Origin: a virus
Direction: 5' to 3' (one strand)
Virus record (IMG/VR): IMGVR_UViG_3300037493_001906
Span: 1-64,000 of that record
DNA: 64,000 bases
Positions 17,101 through 27,700 of this stretch are shown here, one piece after another. A program made the translations under genes and the position numbers. The notes beneath the pieces were generated by a model. That model did no database searches. It was not told where the DNA came from and worked only from the letters and a program-made list of their open reading frames with translations. The number at the start of each line of letters is the position of its first letter. Position 1 is the stretch's first letter.

Positions 17101-19975
17101 TTGTCCATTGTTTTGAAAAATCTAATTTACTTTGAGGTAGCTTAGATAGGATAGCTTGAATATTATTTATTATTTGTTTTCTTTTTTCATAAAAGGTTGG
17201 CTTTATAACTACTCTTATGTTATCATTAAGCCACATTAGTCTTTCCTTTTCATAAGCTCTTTTAAACTCTGGAGTATTAGGAGATAGTTTTAAATCAATA
17301 AGCTTTTGAAATATGACTTGTTCTTTATTTATTAAAGCATTTTGAAATACTTCAGGACGTGGTTTATATTGATAGAATTTTTTTGAAGCTTTTTTATATT
17401 CTTGTATTCTTTCTGCTATAGCAAGATCATCTCCCTCTTTTTTTGAACCATCAGGATAATACAAAGAAGCAAGAAGCTTATACTCATTCCACAACACGCT
17501 CATTTCATCAGTAACTTTCTCCACATCATATTCTCCAGTTGGACTATTGATAAGTCTCATCCTATTGAATATATCATTTCTTGCTTTAGCTGCTAATAAA
17601 CCTGCCTTATCTTTTTCAAATAAAGATTGTGTTTCATAATACTCATCAGTATACTCTTGATGAAAATAATTACGTAGAAGGGTTTTCTTTTTATCAAGAA
17701 GAACAATTAGTTTTTCTCTATCCTCTTCAGAATTAAATTTATTGAATTGAGTTTGAGCAGCATTAATATCATGGTCTAATTTATCTATATCATATCTATA
17801 ATCTTTCCACTCATTAAGTAAAGTCCACACCTCTTTAATTCCAAACTCACCTTTTTGATTAGTAAAACCCATCTTATCTACAAATCCAAGTTGTCTACCT
17901 AAACCACCAATATTTGTAAACTTAATGCCAGCATCTTTAATTAAAGGATCAAGTTGACTGATAACATCATTTATTCTAGACTGAGCCCTTGCCTCCATCT
18001 CAGTAATATTATCTTTATAGAATTTAGCAAAGCCTCCTATAATTGGATCTGTATTATATAAGTATCCTTCAAAATATGAATTAGCATAATGTGCATCTTT
18101 GCCTTCTCCTTTTAATGCTCTCTCTACTTTATCTTTAGTAACATAAAATCCATTGAAACTTGCATTGTATGCATTTTGATAAAAGACTTCTTCATCAGAA
18201 GATAAATCTTCTCCTATGTTTTTACGAGCACGTAAAGCTTGATACTTTGTATACTGTGCTTCAGGCATACCATAGAACTCTATATAAGATTTGTCTATAG
18301 CAGATTGACTAGCACCACGTTTCTTAAATGATTTGATTTGTTCTTCAAATAATTCAGCGGCTCTCTCATTCATATCCTTCCACTGGTTATAAATAATATC
18401 AGTTAGCCCTGTTCTATTAATCTCATTTATGCTATCCTCTGAACGCTCAATAGATGTCTCAATTCTATTTAGTAAAGCTACTAAAGGTGATGTTGAAGCT
18501 GACTCAGCCTTACCTAATAACTGCTTACTCTCAGCAACATACTTTTTCCAATAGCCTAGAATATGACCATAATAAAAAGCCTTATGTACATTGTCTTTAT
18601 TCTCTGGGTCTTTCTTGAGTTCTTTTAAATGTTTATCAAGTCTCTCCATCATATACTCAAGACGTATGATACTATTTATTACAGCTGTAATTTCATCCTG
18701 TACTTGATCTATATCACCCTCTAGTTCAGCCATTTTTTTATCAAGTGTCTGAGCATACTTGTTTAGATTAGAAGTTATCTCTTGTAAGTCACCTCTACTA
18801 AATTCATCAGCAAGTACTGCAGCCATTCCCTCATAGTTCTTATTTTTTCTTAAGAGTTCTATTTGTTTAGGAGCACCCTCATACATTCTTCTTGCTAGTG
18901 TAGTAATAATATTATAATGACCTGCATTAATAATATTTGTAAACTCTTCAAGGTATTTACTTATATCTTGATTGTAAGCTACTAAATCTTCTTGATTAAC
19001 ATCTTCAGTATTAATAGTTATTTTACCACCTGTTTCTAATGTTTGTGCTAAATCATTAAGTGTAGTATTAACATCAAGTTTAGATATTTTAATCCCTTGG
19101 CCAAATACTTTTCTTAATGCTTGTTTAAATGCATATAGAATATTATCTATTATTTTCTTAAAGCCCGTGGACGGTACTATATTTTGTTGTTCTAAATTAT
19201 ATGCTTTAGTAAGAGCCTTAACTAAAACCTCTTCAGCTACAAGATTTTGATATTTAATTTCTTGTTCAAATCTTTCTTGGTCATCAGCTATGTTTTCTAA
19301 TCCTCTTTTTAAATCCTCATATTCAGAATAAGCTTCAGTTAATAAACCTGGTTCAACTGCAATAGCATCTGAATATAGTTTCTTAAATAAAGCAGGATTA
19401 GTTTTTTGTATACTCCTTATTAATGGGTGACTAAACTCATGTAATACTGATTTGGTATTTATTTTGCCTTCAATAAAGTACACTTTATCTCCATAGAAAA
19501 ATGCAGGGGCCTTACCTATTACATAAGGATTTCTTGAATTCTTAGTTAGTTCAACAGCTTGTTCTGAAGTGATAACAAGATAATCAATACCCAAAGCTTT
19601 AGACATCTTGTTTGCTATCTCAACAGCCCTACTTTGTTGTGAGCCTGAAATACTAAATGCATCAGGAGACAAATCCATATTAAGAATATCTAATCCACTT
19701 GCTGTATCAGGATCTTGAAAACTAAAGTCAAAAGTTTTTGCTTTAATTTCTGCTGATTGTGTATCTCTTCTTAATTCTTCTTGCTCAGCAGATTTAGGAG
19801 CTAACCTAAAATTTAATTTAGCAATGACTTGTTCAGGTGTACCAATCTCTCTATTGTTAAGTTCAGCTTCCATGAATTCTCTCATTGCTTCTACCTTACC
19901 AAGACCTGGTGTATTAACAAGTGCTTCCCATTTTTCTTTAATAATAGGGTCACTTAAATTAGGACATGTATACAT
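14171..19975 (-). CDS. Giant virion cargo/ejection protein (1934 aa) with an N-terminal zincin-like domain
   Basis: HEFSH (19427-19441) with downstream EEVLVKAL; long helical body; hydrophobic segment EVISLMILMWLASSMFG near the C-terminus; last gene of the RNAP cluster. Its only Cys is C4. Confidence 0.75.
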   Translation of the reverse strand: MYTCPNLSDPIIKEKWEALVNTPGLGKVEAMREFMEAELNNREIGTPEQVIAKLNFRLAPKSAEQEELRRDTQSAEIKAKTFDFSFQDPDTASGLDILNMDLSPDAFSISGSQQSRAVEIANKMSKALGIDYLVITSEQAVELTKNSRNPYVIGKAPAFFYGDKVYFIEGKINTKSVLHEFSHPLIRSIQKTNPALFKKLYSDAIAVEPGLLTEAYSEYEDLKRGLENIADDQERFEQEIKYQNLVAEEVLVKALTKAYNLEQQNIVPSTGFKKIIDNILYAFKQALRKVFGQGIKISKLDVNTTLNDLAQTLETGGKITINTEDVNQEDLVAYNQDISKYLEEFTNIINAGHYNIITTLARRMYEGAPKQIELLRKNKNYEGMAAVLADEFSRGDLQEITSNLNKYAQTLDKKMAELEGDIDQVQDEITAVINSIIRLEYMMERLDKHLKELKKDPENKDNVHKAFYYGHILGYWKKYVAESKQLLGKAESASTSPLVALLNRIETSIERSEDSINEINRTGLTDIIYNQWKDMNERAAELFEEQIKSFKKRGASQSAIDKSYIEFYGMPEAQYTKYQALRARKNIGEDLSSDEEVFYQNAYNASFNGFYVTKDKVERALKGEGKDAHYANSYFEGYLYNTDPIIGGFAKFYKDNITEMEARAQSRINDVISQLDPLIKDAGIKFTNIGGLGRQLGFVDKMGFTNQKGEFGIKEVWTLLNEWKDYRYDIDKLDHDINAAQTQFNKFNSEEDREKLIVLLDKKKTLLRNYFHQEYTDEYYETQSLFEKDKAGLLAAKARNDIFNRMRLINSPTGEYDVEKVTDEMSVLWNEYKLLASLYYPDGSKKEGDDLAIAERIQEYKKASKKFYQYKPRPEVFQNALINKEQVIFQKLIDLKLSPNTPEFKRAYEKERLMWLNDNIRVVIKPTFYEKRKQIINNIQAILSKLPQSKLDFSKQWTTIIDITSGYRDDDGQPVGNKIPKGRIGTIKKAQEEIEKAKEEYAGFTGLTVEEFNDFTDLTQKKQKTALSKSELKYYFELLNRKDNSGLNAEEKADLGTYFAELNELQRKDPTEYYLDAANYWLSKVADDNIYSILGHNYFTIDNINSIYDEDFLNMMAEKSPEFQEWFLNNHISKSAYSEAAKQKVDTFERLYVWNNIVPNDTKYYETTTITKLDGTKEIIKGLPKLKYYSRSVKKEYRTGYDASIVNEDGTKGAVKKIVGLHIDNKGEFLPKNVPNNPYRNEEYHRLKTAYETNKNSQDAKMFKLLEKLKEVHIKNQEGLGKQGKLYLDFPRFEKSSLESYQTRKEKVGTQEKVKTKKPTYNPIMWLYERLKEYIRTLRTSKESESQWNWDENNMLVRADAYGDQIENIPISGLYNLDVDDVSTNIIDSMFRYLYGAEHHKQLVKMNPIAQGLKNILNDPTNLKEPDKIVRSNFINTGEITYLNKKGKYVRRDTFNNFYEREFRGQTTTGFGKDNAKLQIAQNFLFKRAAHSFFALNIPSAIKNAMGAKFQAFITSTAGTDITPPNLIKGEGWATKYMGALTFGDAYTKGDRGLQHQLAEIFDPSQDRFRKKFGEATTRTLLKDAASMSWLTNFRAWTEVQATMQTFAAMMYTKKIPMGNKTINYMDAWELRDGKIQLKEGVDPEWGITYNEQGEMLVGQKFKDFKSRIHVVMNKQNGAYSKLDQPEMQRYLLGRMVTWLKRYFTTMLMNRYGKKRWNIGYGEIDQGYYLTAVQGILKFFKTANFADLTTQDRKAIIKTSMEVISLMILMWLASSMFGWDDDDEDRYEKLRQMSGPLPIPFTSSEAGEFDFGGFINLHILNQLLQVKSENDQFIPLIGWGLDDISSVVDLKSIAFGPTTDTYQNILTDIYFSMTGDKRAEYARRVGNYDWQQQGSDKVWNHFGKSFGLNGSNTDPAQMLTNFSKANTISTKKGN

Positions 19976-19989
19976 TTATAATTTTATTA

Positions 19990-21714
19990 TTATCTAAAAC
20001 AATTGTTAAGAGCCTCTTGCACAGAATCATCATCTAATATGATTGTGTCATTTAATTGATTACCAAAGATAGCAAATTCTTTATTATTAACTTCATATTC
20101 TGCTACTTCAGCAGCACTCATATTATCTGGAAAAGTAAAGTATCTAAATCCTTTATTAGTAAATTTATATTTATCTTTTACAAAAGGTTGAAAATAAATA
20201 AGATCATTAAGGTCTTTTGCTCTACCCATATTTACTTTAGCTTCAAAGATTTGCTTCCAATCTTTCCAATAGTTATCAAATATCTCTGGGTATCTACCTT
20301 CCTTAGTTCTTAAAAAGAAATCAAGTATATATCTTTTAGGTTGTATTGTACCATCTTCTAAAGTCTCCATCTCTGTAGGGTGCTCTATATAACCTGAAAT
20401 AGTTACTGACTCAGCATTCTTATGATCCTTACCTATAAAAGTAGATTCTAAAGTCCAAGTTGGATACATATTTTTTATATTCTGATACCAACTTTGTTGT
20501 TCTAGAAAAGGAATAATTTCTTTAGTAAATTGTTTTTGTTTACGCTTACGCATTAACTCAAGACCTCTAGTTTCTAGCCAACGTAAAAACTTTGGAGCAT
20601 TAGCTTCTGAGTTAAACTGATTAAGAGTTATGACTCCATCAATATCATGAAGATCTTCACTAACTGCTCTAATCAATCTTCCATATTTTCTAATTACTTG
20701 TGATCCACTTAATTTATAATCTACAAAAGGATTATTAAATAAAGATTGAATTACTTCATTAGCAAATGGGTCTTGGTCTAAAGTTTTTTGATAAAACTTT
20801 TGTTCTAGATCTTCTCCTTTTAAATTTTTAAATACTCCAGGTTCTACCTCTTTATAGCTTCTAATAAATTTACTATATTCTCCTTTATATACATCATCAA
20901 CAATATCAAGTATAAGGTCTTTTAATTCCTCTTCCTTCATATTTGTATTAATAGCAGAACCAAATATTTTTTCATTTACCCAATTCCAAATTCTATTAAA
21001 TATATTTTTTGCAAAGTCTTGTTCATATTTATTTTTAAAGCCAAGATTTTCAAAAAAAGTTTTATCTACATCTGGATTATTTCTTTTTTCCCCTATAAAC
21101 TTATTATCAATACCTATTTGTAAAGCTTCAGCTATCATATGAATAATAGCTTGTCTATGTGCAAATGGATTAAATTTTTCATTATAGAATTCAATATCCT
21201 CACTAACTACTTCATGTACATTAGCATACTTATCATATACTTCTTGATACTTAGACCACTTATCAATGTTCTTCCAAATCTCTAAAGACAGTTTAGATTT
21301 CTTACCCATGAATGTATATATAATACTAGCACTCTGTAAGGCAAGGTCTTTATTTGTTATATTAGATTTTAAAGCTAAATATTTTTGAAGAGTATCAAAA
21401 GCTGCAGTTGGCTTACCATAGTTTAAATTAAGATTATCCAATATGTCATCTGCATTCTCTACTACTTCAATGTTCAAACCTTTAATAAAACCTATAAGAC
21501 CTTCTTTAAGTTTAGTATTAAATTTGTCTTGAATCTTATCACTATCTGAAGCATCTCCATTATCTATTCTAAGAAGCTCATCTGCAGTAGGAAAATCAAA
21601 TGTATCATTATTTTCCTGCCACTTGGCAATCATATAATCTAAATCATAATTAGGTATACCTGTGGCTTTACTTAAAGCTTTAAACTCAGGGCTATTTATA
21701 TTAATACAATTCAT
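19990..21714 (-). CDS. Cargo-cluster protein (574 aa): degenerate zincin-like domain plus Pol-beta-type nucleotidyltransferase domain
   Basis: LSGS(337-338)...LHDIDG(357-359)...YILDFF gives the hG[GS]...DhD...hD triad. NIFNRIWN is shared with the RNAP zincin region. Cys only at positions 3 and 572. Confidence 0.65.
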   Translation of the reverse strand: MNCININSPEFKALSKATGIPNYDLDYMIAKWQENNDTFDFPTADELLRIDNGDASDSDKIQDKFNTKLKEGLIGFIKGLNIEVVENADDILDNLNLNYGKPTAAFDTLQKYLALKSNITNKDLALQSASIIYTFMGKKSKLSLEIWKNIDKWSKYQEVYDKYANVHEVVSEDIEFYNEKFNPFAHRQAIIHMIAEALQIGIDNKFIGEKRNNPDVDKTFFENLGFKNKYEQDFAKNIFNRIWNWVNEKIFGSAINTNMKEEELKDLILDIVDDVYKGEYSKFIRSYKEVEPGVFKNLKGEDLEQKFYQKTLDQDPFANEVIQSLFNNPFVDYKLSGSQVIRKYGRLIRAVSEDLHDIDGVITLNQFNSEANAPKFLRWLETRGLELMRKRKQKQFTKEIIPFLEQQSWYQNIKNMYPTWTLESTFIGKDHKNAESVTISGYIEHPTEMETLEDGTIQPKRYILDFFLRTKEGRYPEIFDNYWKDWKQIFEAKVNMGRAKDLNDLIYFQPFVKDKYKFTNKGFRYFTFPDNMSAAEVAEYEVNNKEFAIFGNQLNDTIILDDDSVQEALNNCFR

Positions 21715-21718
21715 AATT

Positions 21719-24700
21719 TTATTTACCTCCTAAACATTTAATTTTGTGTTCTCTCCACTCATCATCTTTAATAGCCCAAACATGCTTCATACCAATACCA
21801 AACATCTCAGTTAACTTTGCTCCATATTTAGTCCATTGGTCTTTAATAGTATTAGGTACAGTAGATTGAGTTTGTGATGCATTAGCTAAAGCTAGTACAG
21901 CTTTTCTATCTCCACTTGTTTCAGGCCATGCCATTAGCTTACCAGTAGTACCAGATATAATCTGATTCTTTTTATTTACTATGTATGTAGAATTTTTATG
22001 TGTAACCACTACTGCTCTACCTTCTTTAACTGCTAAGTTAGCAAATATCTTATTCCTGTCTACACTATCTTCTTTAAATACTTCTTGACCAGATTGATTA
22101 AATATATTATTTTCTTTTATAGTATAGGTTTGAGTTTGTTTACCTTTAGGAGTATAAGTAATAGTTCTATCCCCAGTGGTAACTTGTGGTTGAGTAATAA
22201 CTTTAGAAACTTCTTTAGTATTATCAATACCTATTTCAGCAAGTTTTGTATTAAGATATTTCCAAGATTTAGGAGCTGTGTTTTTCATGTCAGAAATTTG
22301 ACCTTCACCAAAAGGCATTTCAGCACTAAACTTAATCCCTTTATAGTTTGACAGATTTTGTTTAATTATATCAATATCATCATCAATTTCTTGTTTGAAT
22401 TCTTTAAATTTATCATCTGTCCACTGAGTTCTTTTATCATCTACCATAGTAGTAATAGGAAAAGCATTATCTAATCCTCTTATTACAGCTTGTGTAGTTC
22501 CAGGATAAGTTTTACCTAATCCATATATAGCACTATATCTTGTCTCATCTCCTATCTTATTGGACCCAGAACTACGTTTTGCATTATCTGTAAATAAATA
22601 TAAGTAATCACTATCTTTTTTTACAGACTCTCTAGTGAACCTTTGTGATTTATCTAGAGGAATTACTTCAACACTAGTAGATGATTGAGTAACTTTAGCC
22701 TCTTTAGTTTTTTTAGTACTAGTCTTTCTAGGCTTTTCAGTTTCTTCTTTTACTTCCTTATACTCTTTAATAGCATATACATATCTAGCTTCTTCACCAG
22801 TAACATACTTAGAAGAAAAACTATTGTTCTTCTCAAAGTCCTTCATATTAGTAAAGCCTTCTCCTTTAGCAAATACATCTACAGGAACCTTATTAGATAA
22901 ACCTGGAATAGCTTCACCATACTTGTCTATCTTAACAAAGTTATCACCTTGTCTGACATACTTACCAAGTAGTTTCACTGCTACCCTAGTGCCATCATTA
23001 GCTGTGTATATACCAGTTTCTAATTTTTCCTTTTCAGTTCTATTAGTAATATACTTAGTACCAGCTTTAATCTTAGATATGTTCTCTCCTTTAAATTTAA
23101 TAGGCCCTAACTCTTCATAAGTGATGTTACTATCATCCAACATAGCATTTAATCTATGTTGTTGAGTATCTTTTTGTATCTCTTTTTTATCTCTAGCAGG
23201 ATTATAATCTTGTATTTGCATATCCATTACTCTATATCTAGAGCGTTTGTTCTTTGCATAGTCCATAAAGCGATCATTGAACTTATCCAAAGTATTATAA
23301 TTTGCATTCTCAACAAAGTCCTTAGTATAGTTTTCAAGATCTTGTAATAGTGCACTTTGGTCTACTAGTCTATTAAGAGAGTATATACCTGAAGTATTAA
23401 AACCACTTTGGAACATAGCATATGTAGCAAACTTATTAAAGAAAGCAGCTACTCTATCTTTTTCAGCTTGAGAAGCATCAATATCTAATTTAGTTGAGTC
23501 AGCAAGTTCTAATAGATTTTCATGATAAATATTAAGTAAGTCTGCCTCCATATTAGGATCATTGAGGATTATATTACTTACTCTTTCTCCATCTATAATA
23601 TCTGAACTAGCAGCTAAATTTTGAAGTAATAAGTATTTCTTTACTAATTCTGGGTATTCTACTTGAATGTTTACTAATTGGTCAGCAGCTGTAGCATTAC
23701 TATTGAACATATGCCATATGTTATTAGTATTCTCCAAGGCTAAATCTGTTAAAAAATCTTCATATACAAGTTCTTCAATCTTTCTTGCTCTAAAGTCTTT
23801 TGTCTCACCTTTTACTTTAGGTATACCATTAAAGTATTCAAACTTATTTCTTACATCTAGTCTGGTTTTATACTCATCCCATGTACCAGATCTTTCAATT
23901 CTATCTCTGATAAGCTCATTTTCTACCATAAACCTATAGAAGCTTTGTGGAGTTTTAAAGGTTTCAGGAAGCATATCTTCTATAGGAACATCTACACCAT
24001 CTACATCAATAGCTCTTTCCATACCACCATCAATAATAGCATCATATTGATCTTCAAGTAACTGTTTATTTATAAAGATTACTCTCTTACCTTTTACAAG
24101 ATCTATTTTTACAGCTTGACCTTCATCAGTAAAAGACTTAATCTCTATTCCTTTATAGTTTTTAATAGTATCTAAGTCAAACTGATTTTGAGCATTTTGG
24201 TAGATAAATGCAGGAAGAGCATTCCTCCATCTACTTATAAATTTATCTTTATCACCATATAAAGCATTAATTTCTGGGCCTGATGTTTCTTGTATCAACT
24301 CAGATAAACTATTCATAATAACAGGATTAGTACCTAACTTAAAGAAATCCTTCCATAAGTTAATTTGGAAATCTTGTATAAAGAAACTACCAATAGGTGA
24401 ATCCCTTATAATAGAATCTAAGAAATCATCAGGAAGCATAGCATTTTGACTCATTGTATTAAACAAATCTATTTTGCTTTGTGCTTCAAACAAGTTAGTT
24501 GTTCTTGATGTATCAAAATTAGTACTTTGTTTTACACTAGTAATAGTGTCAGCAATATCTTCTAATTCTAAGAAATGTAAAAATACAGCTATATCATCAG
24601 CACTATATTTATGAGCTTTTTTTGAAGTTACAGTTTGATGAAAATCTTTAATTCTATTTAAAAGATTTGCTTCAACTTTATCTTCATCAAAAAATTTAAT

Positions 24701-27700
24701 TTGAGTACCTAATGGACCTTCTGCTTTATCTTTATTAGTAAGGCGCAAAGTCACATCATTTAAATAAAATTGGCCTTTATCTCCTCTAAGCAACTTTGGA
24801 TTAAATCCATTATTAATAAGTATTTGGTTTCTTGCATGTCCTTTTGCTCCACCAAATAAAGGAGCTGTATCCATAGGATCAGCATAGGTACTATCTGCTA
24901 ATTTTTTCTTTTTTACATAATCTCTAACAATAGGTTGAGATACAAAATAAATAGCTTGCTTAAGTGGAACACCTGCCTGTATCATAAATAATAATGTTCC
25001 AGATAATTCTTTATTACCCTGGATGTTAAATATCCATGCATCTTTAGCTACGTCAACCCAGCCATTGATCATTTGAGCAATTATCTCAGAAATACTATTT
25101 TCTCCATTAGCATCATATAATTCAGATAAAGAAATAACTTCTTCATTCTTAGAATTCTTAACTGTATTATGCTTTAATAATATAGTAAGTCTTTTTTCTA
25201 AATCAGCTACCTCAAGATTTTTTACATAATAAGGTTTAAGAACAGCACCAATTCTATTAAATACAGTATTGTAAGTATTATCTACAGCACCAAGACCAAG
25301 AGTTTGTTTACCTACATTATTAGAAGTATGCTTATAAAGGTTATACATGTACTCAAAAATCTTTGTGCCACTGATTCTATTTATTCTAGCATCTAATTCT
25401 TTGAGTTCATCTTTTTCTTTAGTAGTAGCTTTTCCTTGGTCCTCTTTATCTTTAAGCAACTTTAATCTCTCACGGTCCTTTGGTAAGTCTTCATCTATTC
25501 TAGATTTAGTATTATATGTAGAGACATATTGACTTAACTCATCAGCTATAGGCTTAAGTAAATCAGTACTATTAGGAGTAACCATAGCTACAAAATTAGC
25601 ATCAAGCTCTAGTATTCTTTGCATACTATTTAATAACCTGTTCTCTAATCCTTCTGCTGTAGTTGTATCTGTATGTAGGGAAGCAAACTTTGGAGAATGT
25701 TTTTTAATAAAACTAATAACAAGTTTATCATCTTCAGTTAAATCAGGGCTCTTTCTATCTGCTAATATTCTTTCAATATTTTGGTTTGATAAATCAAGAT
25801 CTTTTCCTTCTGAATCTTCTGCTCCTAGTTTATATAATTCTTTTCTTCCTCTTTCTGTTGTCCAATACTTCCAATTAACATTAGAAGAAATATTAGGCAT
25901 CATAAAAGTAATCTTATCAATATCGTAGTCACCACCTGTTTTAGCTACAAGTTCTGGTGGCAATACAACTGCATTACCAATTGCTGGATCTAAAAACTCA
26001 TATACTTCAGCAAACTCCATAGAGTTTAATAACTGTACAGGAATACGTGTTCCTATAATAGTAATCATTTGTCTATTATCTCCAGTATTAAGCCACTCTT
26101 CATTTTTAAGCATTTCATTAAGACGCTCCCTAGTTTCTATTGGCTTCTTATCATTATGCTTTAAATATAATAGATTAATAAAATCTCCTTGTAAAGAGAT
26201 TTTAATTTTCATAGCTCTAGTTATACCATTAGAACCTTTACCTTTTTCATAAAATGGTAATTCAGTTTCTCCATACTTAGCTTTTTGAGCTTCAGTCATG
26301 TTTGCAGATGAAACATATTCCCATCCAGTTCCTGCTACTTGAACAAGAGCTTCTCCATTTATCTTCTGTTTAACTATTCTATTCATTACTATAGAAGTAA
26401 GAATTTTTTCTATCTTCTCAGCTGAAATAGAAACAGAAAGGTCATGTGCTAATTTACCTTTTTCATTTTTCTTTATGAAGTTAAGCTCATGATCTGCTAA
26501 ACCTTGTCTACCAAGTTCATTAACTAGAAAATCTTGAAGCTTATCATTTAATACAACCTCACCATTAACAACCTCAAGATTCATATCTTTCTTGAGTTTA
26601 TTCATTTTGAATGTTGTAAGATTGATTATATCATCTTCATAGTTCTTTATAAGAGTATAGTATTTTGAATTAGATTTTCTAGCTTCTTCTCTTTTTTCAA
26701 ATAGCTTTTTAAACCTATCACCAAAATTACCTTTATCAATATACTCATTAAGATCTTGAAGTTCTACTGGTGTAAGACCTAATGCATCCCAGTTCTTTCT
26801 TCTTTTTTCCTTAGACAATGAACTTTGAAAATCTAAAGGCATTTTATATGCCATAAGACCATTCTCAATAAGCTTACGCATCTGAGTAGGTATAATAACA
26901 GTGCCTTTAAATTCAGGAGCAATCCTTAATTGATCTTTTAAAAATTGTAAGTAAACAGTATTAGGTGTTATTACATCATTGTTAAAGTCTCTACCATCTA
27001 CATAGAATTTGTCTTTAACAGTTTTACCATTCTCAATTTTAAATATATTAGAGATCTTAGAACCAGATTCAAAGGTAGCATAATCAATACCGTCCCTCAT
27101 CATTCTATCATGCAACTTCTCTAAGTTAGTTCCCTCAATAACATTAGGTATAAGAGGTACCAAAGAGAACTTATGCATTGCATTTAATGGAGGCATATCA
27201 TCTCCAGTTTGAATAGCTCCTGCATATTGGAATTTTTTTACAGGGAAGAAGTTTAATACAGCTACTTTATCTACATGAACTCCATTTACTATATCATTAT
27301 ATAAGTCTTCTTGAGCATCAGACCATTCACTTTGTAACATAGAAACAACTCTATAAAAGTCAAAAGTAATCCAACCTTGACCATCTGCTTCATTCATTTC
27401 CTTATAAGCTTTTAAATTCTTCTCTAACTTTACAGTTAACTCTTGAGTGAATTTTTTAAGTTTAAGTTTATCCCCTTTGAAGTTTTTAGTAGCTTTTGCA
27501 ATAGCATCTTTTTCAATAGCATCATAAATAGTTTTATAGTATTTAGAAGGTACAATATTATCTTTAAAGATACCTGCTTCATAACTACCACTTGTTGATA
27601 GCATTTTTTCTTGAATGTCTTTTGATCCATCAGCAATTCTCTTAGCAGCCCATCTTCTACCTAAACCATTAACATAGTTAATGCTATCTTCATCTGTGGC

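Noticed and set aside
21722-21732. The RNAP terminal LGG as another GG cleavage motif
   Set aside because: The same bases read AGGAGG about 10 nt before the 574 aa start, so a Shine-Dalgarno-like role or chance explains it equally well.
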